A stretch of DNA of 63,315 nucleotides, filler included, from Pelomyxa schiedti (lineage: Eukaryota > Protista > Evosea), in assembly GCA_020536535.1 (NCBI GenBank). It is 10 parts of 10 records of this genome, joined end to end, with 100 filler letters (N's around TTAATTAATTAA, not from the genome) between each part and the next. Parts side by side here need not be neighbours in the genome. Positions count along the whole stretch, not along the records: positions 22,883 to 26,509 come from JAHLWZ010001717.1; positions 26,610 to 28,084 come from JAHLWZ010002483.1; positions 28,185 to 47,460 come from JAHLWZ010000181.1; 7 more parts are not named here. One strand, 5' to 3'. The stretch's first letter is position 1; the number at the start of each line of letters is the position of its first letter. Of this stretch, positions 23,193 to 35,465 are shown piece after piece. The notes below the pieces were generated by a model that had not been told where the DNA came from, made no database searches, and worked only from the letters and a program-made list of their open reading frames with translations. A program made the position numbers and the translations under genes.

Positions 23193-25327
23193 GATGCTGG
23201 GGAGGAACTTGTCTGAGCCTTGGCCGCGTGGTCCCGTCCACGTTGAGTGCAACTTCCATCGATACCCCGACCTCCTTTTACGCGCACCACGACACGACGG
23301 TCATTGGGTTACTGATGCCCACAAACACCCAAGATCACCTCACCTGGTGAGTGTTTGAGACACTGGTCCGCATGTGGGGAAGGCTGTATCCGCGGCGGAC
23401 CAACCTCTTGGAAACATGGATGGCCCTCTTCTCCTCTGAGGAGGCAACCTGGCAGGTTGTCTCCAACGACGAGAAATTTGATATGGGATCCCCCCAGGAA
23501 GGTGGAAAGCAAATGCCCTTGTGTGCAATCAGGGTTAAGAGTCCCCCATGCATTGAGAGCGAAGGAGTTACCTGCTTGGAGAGAGGCCACTGGCGAATAA
23601 CAAAGATTGGCCTCATGGCAAATATAGACATGTTGAGTCAGCAGCCAGGGGGAACACCAAAATCTTGGCGATAGAGAAATCGGGGATAAACCAGCAGAAT
23701 GCGGAGATTGATGCAAGATTTGCTGGCAAGAAAGTCAAATTGTGGAGCACAATCCTGAGATGGAAACCTGATTGTGGAGCTGTCAGCCAAGCAGTACGCG
23801 GAGGCGACGTACAATTGCCAGAATGATATCTGATGCGGAATCTGTGCAGACCGAGATGTGCGGGGTGTGCCAATACTTGGAATCTCTGTGTGGGCAAGTA
23901 GCAAGGATATGAAAGGCAACAACGAGGACTGCCTACGACTCCATCAATCAAAATAATGTGTGAGGGCAACAGTGACACCTTTCATGCACCAAGGCAGCTT
24001 CAGCCATTATCCACATCAACATACATCGGCAAAAGGATAACAGTCTGGGAAGAGCACAAAGACCATCAATTGGCACCGCCGCATCAACATAAAGAGCAAC
24101 CCGCCACAGCAATACATACCACTGGCAACATAACATATTTACACATATAGCCACAGAGCCGGAAACAAAAACCAGGCATTCAATCTTTTGCGTCTGATTG
24201 TAATAAATCCGAGGCAAGCTCTGAGGAAGTAAATATACCTGGCAGTTGCCAAGCACCTTCAGATCAGCAGTGAGAGCACTGAGAGCGACCCAGCAGTAGT
24301 GTTGCGAAAGCCAGAAACAAGAGTAGTGAAAGGTGAACAAGGCATCATTTACAATCAGGTGTAACACACATGCTCTCAACCCTGGCCAACGCACAAGTCA
24401 GACCAATGTATGCTCCTTTCAATTGCCCATACCGGAGAAAAGCCAAACACACAGCTCAACAGCCAATGGCACTTGAGAAGCTGCAACTGGATCATTGGCG
24501 ACACCAAGGCAATGGCAACCGATGGGTAGAAGCAGAAGCTGCTCCAGCAGAACCCAAGTAGACCTGCTGAGGTGGGATCATTGATTTCAAAACAAGAGAG
24601 CAACACCTAAAATCGGATTAGAAGGACACAACAGGATACAGTGTACCCACATTTGGGGGATACTTGGCTGCAAGAAGCCAAAGCGATGGTGCTGTAAAGC
24701 CACCAAGCTGGTTGAGAGTAGGTGGGGGAAAAACCCCAATGGAACTGACAATAACAACAAAAAAAAAAACCCTGAATGTGTGTGTGAGTGTGAGAGTCAA
24801 ATATAAAGAAAATGGCGAGTTGGGAAATATTCACCTTGTTGTCCACACCAAAAATGCCATGGGCTGGGAGTTTCCAAAGGTGAAGAGGAAGAGAGGGGGG
24901 GATGATGGCAAGCGGAAGGAACAGTGAACCACAAGTAGTACGCGCACGAAAGCGTCCCCTTCCTTATCCAAATTTTTCGTTTTTGGCGGATCTCTGGCAG
25001 TTTCGGTAGCCCCCGCCACAAGCCGCTTCCCCCCACACTCTTTTCTTCCTTCCCCTTTTCTGGTTCAGTGTCACCACACAACCTGGCCTTTTTTTTGTGG
25101 TGGGAAGGTGAGTGAGTGGAGATCATCATCATCATCATCATACTTTGCGTTGCTGGTGGCCAAAGCCATAGCAAATGCGCAATGTGCACAGATATCAATA
25201 AGCAGAGTCTGATCAAGGTCACACAAAGTGGAAAAAACACATGGACAACATGCAAAGCCGAAGAGGAAGGAATAGAGGGAAAAAAAAAACAACAAACCCT
25301 TGTTTGTGTGTGCCCGACCACCACATG
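23193..25327 (+). repeat. 2.6-kb dispersed repeat family, copy D, with an internal deletion of about 560 bp
   Basis: Collinear with copy B. Jumps from CAAAGTGGAAAAAA directly to AAAACACATGG. Confidence 0.9.
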
Positions 25328-27483
25328 TCAAAAAGTGCGTTTTTACGTGACGAACGATGACCCCGTTCCGGTCTTTTGATTATGGTATTTTATTAAAGTT
25401 ATCATCGCCCAGGATCCGCGAGCCATGTAGCTCTACTCGTGAGCCGAATCCCGATTTTGCCGGGATTTCTTTTGCGGAGGCGAGCAGTGAGTTACATCTT
25501 TCGTTATTGACGTCAAATAAATTGATGACTACTGCGAGGGGAGACCATGTCACAAGCACTGGGACTGCGCATTCAAGTTATTTGATGTGGAACCAGCAAT
25601 AACTGGTTAATAAAACGCCAATATAAGCCTGCCTCTAAAACAATAAATAAATACAAACGAAATGCATAAGCAGAGCTTTGTATGTATTATTATTTGGATG
25701 CTTTGAATTCAAATTCGTATCTGGCATTATTCGTATGCCGGAGTCCATCATTTCCACGCTAATCCTTTTTGCAAGATGCATGCATACACTGGCATTGCAT
25801 ACACCACATCGTTTCTGCATTTCTGGCACCTTGTGGCGCTGCTGTGTTGCTTTCTTCTTGTTTGGCCTCACAGACTTTTTATCAGATGTGGAATTTCCAG
25901 CTGAGATATTCTGTCTGACGGCTCCATGTTGGCCACTTCGATTGGACGCCGACGCTGGCGCCGACTCGGGTGCCGCGTTGACGTCCGGGGGCAAATCTAG
26001 AATGGGAGACGAGGAGAGCTGACGGCCACTGGTGTTGCCGATTCGTTCTGCCAGTTGTTAGGATGGTTGTATGCTCATTGCAGTGATTGGTCTGGATGAT
26101 CTCCTTGCGCATCTGGCTTGCAGCTGTCTTGGATGAAGAATGAACATGAATTGTTCCCAGGTATTGTTCCGTTTGCCATAGATGCTTCCTTACTCATGGT
26201 CCTTCTTGCGTTTTGCCAAATCAGATTCGGCTTGTATCCCTCGTATCAGAATCCACCAGGTGCCATTGCCTTGGCGTCGTTCCACTTGCTGCTCTCAGCT
26301 GTCTGCCTTGTCTTCCAATTCCATTAACTACTGAACAGCTCAACTTACTCCTCTCTTTCCGACTAACCTGACAAGCCAGTGCGGAACGGCTAAAGGATTC
26401 CAGTTGCCGATTCTGGTATCCCCTTCTCCCTTTTTTTTTTCCCCAGCTAACCAATGCATAGATTTTGTAACAAGCTGCTGTTAAGTTCATGACTTCAGCG
26501 AGTTTGCCGNNNNNNNNNNNNNNNNNNNNNNNNNNNNNNNNNNNNNNNNNNNNTTAATTAATTAANNNNNNNNNNNNNNNNNNNNNNNNNNNNNNNNNNN
26601 NNNNNNNNNCGTTTCCCCGCACCCATTCATATTCACTTCCCCCCTCATAAAACACACAGAAACTCACCGGCCTTCTTTCCCGGCGATTGAGAAAATCATG
26701 ATGACATGTGCGGAGCTCATATTCTCATCAACCAGTCCAGGTGAAGGTTCCACACCCACAATCACAAGTACAAGCACATGCACACGCAACCTCACACCAA
26801 CTGGCAGCACCAACGACGTGACAGGACACATTTCGGCATGCCTAGCGGGAATAGCTGCATCTTTCCCTGCTTCCCGCTCATTTTAAAACCACCATGTGCT
26901 TGTTTGGGGTTCTGTTTTTGATTTACAAGGAACATTATGGTTGTGGATCATCAGGATGACTTGAGGTTGTTTGTGCAGCCTCCACCTTTCTTGGGGGTGA
27001 GTCCTCCCTGGCATCCATCTTCGTGCCTTAGGGCCATTTGTTGTTGGATATCCAATGGTCAGGCACTACACTTATTCTTCTTCCTCCATAACTGTGCCGA
27101 GGTAAATTGGGTTTGGGTAGTGACCACACTGTGAGGTGTGCTGGGGTGTTGATGGTTGTCGTTTTACTTGTGTAGTAAGGGAAAAAGAAGCCCGAATACA
27201 AACACAAGAGTTTATTGTCGCCTGAATCTCCCTCAGGGTCCCAACAGATTCGCGGTAGTTTTCCCAGAAATCCATCAGTGATTAGAACCGTACTAAGAAC
27301 TACAGCGACGCGAAGTCACCTTCGAAGATTTAGAAGCTATCAGATTTGAGTTTCTCATCAAAGCCACTTGGCTGAAAAAAAACACCAGACCTCCAGTGAC
27401 ACTGGGCGATGACACGAAAACGCTGTCATTATTGTATCCAGCCAAATCACCAAAGATGCAGATCACCCCCAACTTGGCTGACG

Positions 27484-27537
27484 AAAATAATCAACATACA
27501 GGAACGCTGTCATTTTCGTTATTGTCGCTCAGGATCG
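27484..27537 (+). promoter_or_regulatory. Conserved 54-bp non-coding motif, copy 2
   Basis: 50 of 54 identity to the reverse complement of 8842-8895. It lies about 150 bp upstream of the ATG at 27687. Confidence 0.55.
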
Positions 27538-27686
27538 GTCTGGTGTTTTTTTTCTTCCGCCACTTGAAGAAGGCATTCACGTACTCCACCAGCAGGCTGT
27601 CATCCAGCTGTATACGGGAATTACAGATGCTAACAGCTGTATTAAGACCGTACTTATTAGAACTGCAGAGACGCTACACACCGACG

Positions 27687-28084
27687 ATGTCGTGGAAAGA
27701 CGACGAACCTCCCGTTGTGAGCACACGCTCTACCGCCCCCCCACCCACTCACTGCCTGTGGGCCCGCGACCAATTCCTGGCCCTCAGCGCGGGGGCTGTC
27801 CTCGGTCGGTGCGGCGCCCGCGCATGCTGCCCCGCCCGCTGGCTCCCGTGCTCCCTCGCAGCCGACGCGATCGGCCGCCGCTGGGTCATGCAGAGGCACA
27901 GGGCCGTCTCGGTCAGACTGAGGCTGCAAAGCCTAGAGTATCGCCTAGACACGGCCTTCTGGGTCGTGGTGCTCTCCGAGACCGGGGGCGCGCTGGACGT
28001 GGCGCCGTGGCGCGTGGGCGGCTACAGGCTGTGGCTGTCAGACACCATGGTCGCCGTCGGCGTCGAGCCGAATGGCTTTGGGGT
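27687..28084 (+). CDS. Lineage-specific protein with N-terminal ARDQFLAL module, 3-prime truncated
   Basis: GC-rich open frame containing WARDQFLALSAGAVLGRCG...DAIGRRWV. Confidence 0.65.
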
Positions 28085-28248
28085 NNNNNNNNNNNNNNNN
28101 NNNNNNNNNNNNNNNNNNNNNNNNNNNNTTAATTAATTAANNNNNNNNNNNNNNNNNNNNNNNNNNNNNNNNNNNNNNNNNNNNCCCCCCCCCCCCCCTT
28201 TTTTTTTTTTACTTTGTTACTCTTTTCGTGACCGGACTCTTTCCTCAG

Positions 28249-29513
28249 GTTTATAGCATACGGAACTTCTTCTTACGGCGTCATCCGTGCAGTGGGAAAG
28301 ATTTGCAAATTGTTTGCACCAATAAAATGCAGATTACAGAGATTAACCCTGATGATGGGGCAATACCCAAGGCCCGACCTGTCAAAATAATACCAATCAA
28401 GGATATCCATGCTGGAACTCACTGGTGTGGTATGTGAGAGTAGTTGGTTTGGTTAATGTTGAGTTCTAAATTTGGACAAAAGATATAAGTGGTGTCATCA
28501 TTGATTCTGGGGAGCTGAAAGAAATGACTACTGAATCTGGGAGGTCCTTTTTCTCAAGGTACTTATCCCCTTAGCATAAAACTGGCTCAATTCTTGCTTT
28601 TTTTTTTCTCTTCAGGACCATTGTTATTGCTGACAGGTCAGGTCACAGGCGCCTTACCCTCCTAAGACATCTGATTACCATGAAGCCCCACAAAGGGGCA
28701 ATTGTTTGTGCAGCAGGGTGTCTTAACTATGGCTCTGGCTCTGAAGATAAGGTGCTAATTACAGACGACCTCAGTGACATATTCCAAATCCAAGCAGAGG
28801 GATCGGCAAAGCTGGCGGAAATTCTGTCCGACGAGCAGACGAACGAAAGAGAACTGGATGGCCTCATCCACGAAGAACGTGTTGAAATTGTGCAGAGGAG
28901 TACTGAGCAAGTGCACTGGGAAGTGCTCCATGAGCTTGGAGAAAGTGATCCCCTTGAGGACTACCCAGATGCCAACGAGGACGAAAGAAAAAGGGATGAG
29001 GCTAACCGTGAGGAATACGAGGAGTACGTGCGTCAAGTGGTGGCAGTGGAGGATGGCACTGAGGCCTGGAAGTCCCTCAAAGCTGAGCGACTTCAAAAGA
29101 CGGCAGTCACGTTCAAGGTTCCAAAAAACTATGAGGTGGTACCCTCTCCTGAAGACCTAGCAGACCAAGCTCATGAGGAAATCTTGAGTCAGGAAAAGAA
29201 GGAGGCGGAAGAAGAAGAGTCACTCCAAGAAGGAATGGCAGCTCTGCTCCAGCAAGAGCAGGAACAGCTGGCATCAGAGCCCAGAGAATACTATGTTGTT
29301 GATGTAGATCCGAATAATGATGATCAGGCTCATGACGCAATGTTGCAGGATCAACAGGAAGAGGCATACCAGCACGCACAACAACTACTGCAGCAGGACG
29401 AGGAGGTTGCCAATGACATCGATCAGGAAGCTGAGCAAGCTGACATTGAATCGAAGGAGAACAGTCTGTTTTCGATCACAGCGGGGGACATGCAGGCTAT
29501 TCTGGACTCTTGA
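28249..29513 (+). CDS. RPA70-like tandem OB-fold protein with long acidic tail, 5-prime truncated
   Basis: Exons 28249-28429, 28483-28558 and 28616-29513 splice in frame: VYSIRNF...ITEINPDDGAIP...PIKDI...CDISGVIIDSGELKEMTTESGRSFFSRTIVIADRSGHRRLTL. This resembles the RPA1 DBD-A end and DBD-B. Confidence 0.7.
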
Positions 29514-30043
29514 GAGGTCAAGTTACAGTGCAATTGCTAAAAGAATGATTGGTTGTGTGCATTACTCTGTTCTGACAGCGAAAAAAGTTTTCTTTTTTCT
29601 CCCAAACCTATTCACATACACCACAACGCAAAGCCACACCAAAATATGGTGTTTTATTTGGTTATTATTACCATAGTTGTTTGCTGACAACAAGACAGCG
29701 AGGCCCTATGTTATGTGTGCTGTGAGGCATACACCACTGAACAGGTGTGCAATATTGCTGCCCCTTTACACTCACCCAGATTGCAAGGCACGCAAATTGT
29801 TGCTACCCCAATTTGTATTGCGAAATGAGGGGCAACTGTGATTGTTTCTCCAAGTCGGATTTGTGATTAGTTCTCCTGCCTGCAACTGTTACATGCGGGA
29901 TGCACCTGCCTTGCTATTCCTATGGGTAAAAGTCTTCCATCTCAATTTTGATTAAATTCAACTCACGGGGTCCAGATCAACCATTTGGCGAATATTAAAA
30001 CACAACAACTGGTGTGGAGTTGTGACGCGGATTCCTGCCACTA

Positions 30044-30423
30044 ATGAACCAAACTGCTGCAGCTGAGAACGCCCGAATCGCCTCCGAACTTCGCAACACT
30101 CTCGCACAAGAACCGGAACTTGTATGCTGACTCTTAATTATTGTCTGTTGTTAGCCTTACATTACACCCAGTGGAAAATGTTGGAGGAAGCCGTGGATTA
30201 CTACTGGCAACTCGGACTCAATTCTCTCACCGACGCCCAGGAAGTTCAAAGTTCAATAGACGAGAAGGTGACAGACATGGAGGAGAAGCTCCGCTCCCTC
30301 TCCTTCATCCTCCTGGGCCAGGAACGTGATAGAGGTGTACGAGAGCCCTTTGTCATTCCACATGACAGTCTACAGCTTCTCACAAAAGCCCTGCCTTCGC
30401 CTCGAAATAACTCGTCATCATGA
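30044..30423 (+). CDS. Small hypothetical helical protein (2 exons)
   Basis: A GTATGC...CCAG intron joins two open frames. No domain recognised. Confidence 0.4.
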
Positions 30424-30481
30424 TACACCCATTGAGCAACAAAGCAAAAAAATTGTTCCTTCACTTGTTATGATTACTTTT

Positions 30482-33400
30482 TTACTCCTTAATTTTCAAA
30501 AATTTGAGGAATGTCTCTTTGGCACTTTCATCAAGGGCCAACTGGTCAAGGGGTATTCCAGCAGAAACTACTGTATCTCTCACTGCCGATTTGTGTGCTG
30601 TATATTGAGGGAGCACTGAGTGTTGGGGATATGAATGAGGCATGCATACACCACAGAGTCTGAAGAGCACCACAGGCGGATTTACATACATCCCGGGACC
30701 GTGGGTGATTCTTAAGTACTGTAACAATGGCCTCAATAGCTCCTTCTTTCACGATTACATCTTCTATATCTTGGGGATAACATTAGTGATGGTGAATGTT
30801 TGGTTTATTGCTCACTATCACTGCAAGCAAGATTTCTCAACACTCCGCATGCGGGAACTCCAACCCTCCCTACCATCGTTTAGGGAATGAAAAAATGGCT
30901 TTCAATGGTACCAGAAGAGGCATTGGCATTTGTTGCAGCTATTATAGTTTGTACAGCCCCAATTTCAATTATCAATTTTACATTTTCTAGATAGCAAATT
31001 AGAGCCGAAGTAATATTTGAATAAAGGAACCGGGGTTGTTGAATGTCATGTTGCATAGTGTCCACAGTGCTGCACCACACACAGAATGGGATGTTAGGTG
31101 TGTCTTAAGAGCAAGAGTTATAGGAGGAATAGCTCCAGCCTTCGCAGCTAAGGTTCGAGTTGCTGTATTCAATTAGAGGGTTTCACTTGGAGCATCTAAG
31201 CTGACCTGCATTGGAAGATGTCAAATTAGACAAGAGTCGACATGCTGCTTCAGTGAGTGTGGATTGGGAAACATGTGTCATCAATGCAACGACCACGAGC
31301 GGGATTACGTCAGCCTTTACAATCCGCGATTTAACCTCTGTGGACATGAGTTGCAGTCATTTAAAAATCTTTTCCAACCAACCATTATTGTTGTGTGTCA
31401 GGATACGAAGTGTAGAACATGCTGCTTCACACGCTCCATATGATGATGAGTGTTTTTTCAGGATGTTGGCTATTGCTGGTATTCCATCAGATTTGACGAC
31501 ACACGATACTGACTCTGAGAAATGTCAGAGGCGTGGAAGAGGAAGTTTCAACCTGGGGTTTTAGCCAAAATTTGGATTATTGCACAGGCAGAAGCACAAA
31601 CAGCAGCAGATGATGCATGCATTGTCAATACGGAAATAGTTGTTGGGATGGCATCTGCCTTAATAGCCATGGCAGTGGTTTCTAGTGAAGGGAATAAGCA
31701 TTACAGTGACGGTCTCCGCTTTTCACCTTCATTATTGTTACATATTTGGTGAAGTACACTGCAAGCCCGAGCAACAATTGCGTCCCTCTGACCGTATTTA
31801 GCCATGGCGCCTAACACTGATTTGATGGAGTTTTCGGATTTCATTTCGATCTCAGTGGTGAACATGTCTGTCGGTTCCTTAAAATGGGTTGTGGTAATAG
31901 TACTTAACATACTGGCAATCTTTCCATCTCTGTCTTCTACATCTAGACCACTCTCCACATATTCTTCTACAACGGGAGGAACTGTAATCCCTGGCAATTC
32001 AACACTGCTGAGGATTTGGGAATACATGGCTCGGAGGGATGGATGTTTGTATGCGTCCACAAGTTGATCAGCTTTACGTAGTGGAATGTATGTCAAAGGG
32101 GGTGGGTCAGGTATTAACTGCCTCAGAGAGCCAATGTGAGAGTATTTGGAGAAATGGGAGTTCATCAGATAAAATGAAATAACACTAAAGGGATCGATTA
32201 CAAACACAAATAAATTATCTGGGGGAAACCTCAGCACTAGTGTGATAACAACTATAATAAGCCCAGGAGTGAAGAGGTTAAGAGAGAAAATTCCCAGAAG
32301 AACTCCCTGTGGACGTTACTTGTTTTAGAGTGAAAACAGCAACTCACTTGGCTCAAAAACATGCCAATGAAAAGTTGATCAAAAGCTGTACACCAGAGTA
32401 AACCATCATCATGTGAAGGTTTGTTCACATAGCTTGTGGAAAGATGAGTAAAGGAGCCGTAAAATTTGCCAATACATGATGTTATATGCAAAGATGACAT
32501 TTTGCGCGGCGAAGTAAAAGACGCCAAAAGGTACAATCAGAGGTGCAATAGGTGTATAAGTGAGCATGATAGTAAATATTAGGGCTGATTGGCCGTAGTT
32601 ACACATGTAATCAAATTCTGGATTTTGATAAATTGCCTTCAACAATTCAGCCTTAAAAAGAAAACATGGCAATTAATTACCCTCTTTTCTCTGGGTGTCT
32701 TGGCAAGAAACATGCGTTTGACAATGCCCAGCCCCACCTGCGGAAACCTGAGGAGCCCAGTCCCAGCAGTCATTGCATTAGTCTATCCTATATCAGATAG
32801 GCATAGCAAAAACAAGAAGTAACCAAAATATAGTTCATGAAATAAGAAGACTGTGAAGGAAGAGCTTTTGCTAACAATGTAACGACATCCATAGGATCCA
32901 TAATCATCTCCAATTGAGAGAGGGCACCTGTAAGTAAAAGTTAACCGAGGGTCAAAATTTTCCTGGCCGACCAAGGATAGAATTTGCAAGAGTTGAAACT
33001 AGGAACACGTTCACAATCAAGAAGGTGAACCAAAGATTTAACAAACTAAAGGATATTGTGAGAAAAATCAAGATAGACTGTGGTTGTACGTCTTCCGTTC
33101 CTCAAGATTTGTTAAGAGATCTGAGAAACTTGTCGGTGAATAGAGAGCACAAAAAAAGTACATACGCTCATATTTTACAATGAATGAAAGTAGGGGTAGC
33201 AATAAAGCAAAGCACATAATGACTACCAGAGATGGAATAAATCCATTCAGTAGGACCAGTATCGACTGAGGAATGGCATTGTACAACTCCTCACCACCTG
33301 GAATCACCTTCAGGGTATCTAAACTGAATAGAGAAACGGCAAGTCCTAAAAAAAACCGTGTTGGAGCGGGAGAGAAGAGGACAGGCATCATACCAACAGG

Positions 33401-35223
33401 GAACATGAACAACCACACCAGTAAAAACAAAATGATATCAATGAAAAACAGTCGAATCCCCCGCTGCCATGAGCTAACAATCTGGTTACTCCAGAGAATC
33501 TAAAAAAACTTGAGTATGAACTCAAAAAGTTTATTGTAGACATTCTCTGGGTGCGGGGCTCGGGTTGGTTTCATAGAATTAGGAGACTGGAGAATCGATT
33601 GCACGCATTGCATTGCGGTTATGGCGGTCTTGAAAACAACAAAGGCGTTTCTAGTGAAACTTAGAATGTATCTTGCCTGAGAGTTGCATACACTGAACAA
33701 GGAGCGGAATTTGCTGTAGCCTGGTCTTCTCGAATCTTTTTATCACACTCCTCAAGTTGCCCCTGAAAGTAACTTATGGCGTCCACTTCTTTCACTTTTT
33801 TCACAAGTTCATTTCCAAATGAGCCAGGAAGTTCAGTCGGACTTTTTGTTCCGGAGCTGGTGAGTACATCAAGTTCGATTTTGACAAGGGACTGTGGTGC
33901 ATCCAAAATGGCTCGAGTCTTGGGGCGCTCCCGGTATTTCGAGTCCTTGTAAGCCTGTTCAGCCTATGATAGACAATTACTCACACTTGGGTAATCTTTG
34001 TGTTATGCCTTCTCAAGTTTCTGCAACCATTCCATGAATTTATTCCTTAACTTATCAATCTTTGGAAGTGAGGGTACAATTTGAGCAGTTATAATTTGGT
34101 CTTCTCCAAATATTTTTGAGAAGTATTCCTTCAACTAAGGAAATATCAGAAGGGGGCTTTTTAGGTGGGAAATGCATACAGTTTCTGAATTATACTGCCT
34201 TGGGATTAATTTTAGATAAACAGTGTAATTCTGAGGTAAACATAAGCTGTGGAACTTTGAAGAATATCGTATAAACTAGGGAAGAGTCATTTTGGCCTTC
34301 CCCAACCGTGAATATTTCTAATTTTTGCATCCAACACTTACAAAGTTGCGGTTGATGTACTGTGACAATATGAAACAAAAACTTGTGAACACGCAGCCAA
34401 AGGCATGGGCATAAAGTCGTTTTGCTTGTTTCTCTGAATCAATATTCGCTAAAGAAAGAATCGCAAGACCACTTGTAAGGTGTTAATACTTCATAAAAAT
34501 CTGACTGTAGTGTAAACACACCTGGTATGTGAAGGGTGAGTAGCAGGAAGTGACATATTGGTACCTGTAGCATTAATTGGCATGATAACCTTATCGAGTG
34601 TTACGCATGGGAGAAAAGTAAGTGATATCTCACCGCTGCTGCATAGACAAAGAAAACTAGAGATAGTATCACCAAGGTTCTCATTGTACGTATAAACCTT
34701 TTAAAAGAGGATCAAAAACCGGAAGTCCGACAGCTCGTTGATGAACATACATCACTGCATCAAGACCAGCATACTCATAGAGTTTCTCATCTGACCATGT
34801 TAAACAGTTTACCATCCAGTAGAACCAATGCTTCGGAGGTGGGGGAACGTCTGTAGGGGTTTCAAATTGATTGCGGAAGTAGTACTCAGGCTCTAATCTG
34901 CAACGTAAGGAATAAACATCACAGAGGAAAAACAGGGGTATTTTCTAAAGGGAGCAAACAAACAAAACGCAAACAACAGCAACAGAGTTGATAGTGCCAA
35001 CAAACTTGGTTCTTCTGGTCTGAACCTCGAACATTTTCCTGAACAGCTTCCTCAAAACCAAGAAACCCACAAACATTCCCGGCACAACCACCGCCCACAA
35101 AATCAAAGTAACGCCAAGGCCCGTATCCGCAGCCCGTTGTGTCTGCGCCGCCGTAACATTCGGCCAACTACTACTGCTACTACTGCTATTGCTGCCGCTA
35201 CTACTACTCGACAACGACGTCAT
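30482..35223 (-). CDS. OSCA/TMEM63 (CSC1, DUF221) ion channel fused to C-terminal armadillo repeats (multi-exon)
   Basis: N-terminal TM segment GVTLILWAVVV...FLVLRK. NAFVVFKT...RAPHPENV. YTPIAPLIVPFGVFYF. C-terminal YKHPSL. Then ARM-like SIKSVLGAMAKY...ARACSVL and EGAIEAIVTVLKNH...KSACGAL. Confidence 0.88.
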
Positions 35224-35465
35224 TCACAAACCCCAACCACCGCACTCACCGCCAACTGTGAGATGTTGTTGGTTTTTTTATTGGAGTTTTGAGAATAGTG
35301 TGCTCCAGATCCACGACAAGGAAGCAGGGGTTTTACTCAAAATTTCATCGTTATCTTTTATATGTTCATTAGGCGAATTGACCAAAATGTTGTTTTAATC
35401 ACACGGTGCCTCCGGGGTGTAGAAATACAGACAGGTTGTAGACTTAGACCTCCAAGAGAGTATCT

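Noticed and set aside
24430-24450. HTGEKP C2H2 zinc-finger linker in a repeat copy
   Set aside because: There are no flanking C-x2-C or H-x3-H residues, so it is a chance hexapeptide.
25635-26500. piggyBac-like Cys-rich tail (CGVCNASVCMH) of a decayed transposase
   Set aside because: Only half the motif is present, spacing is off, and no DDD core is visible upstream.
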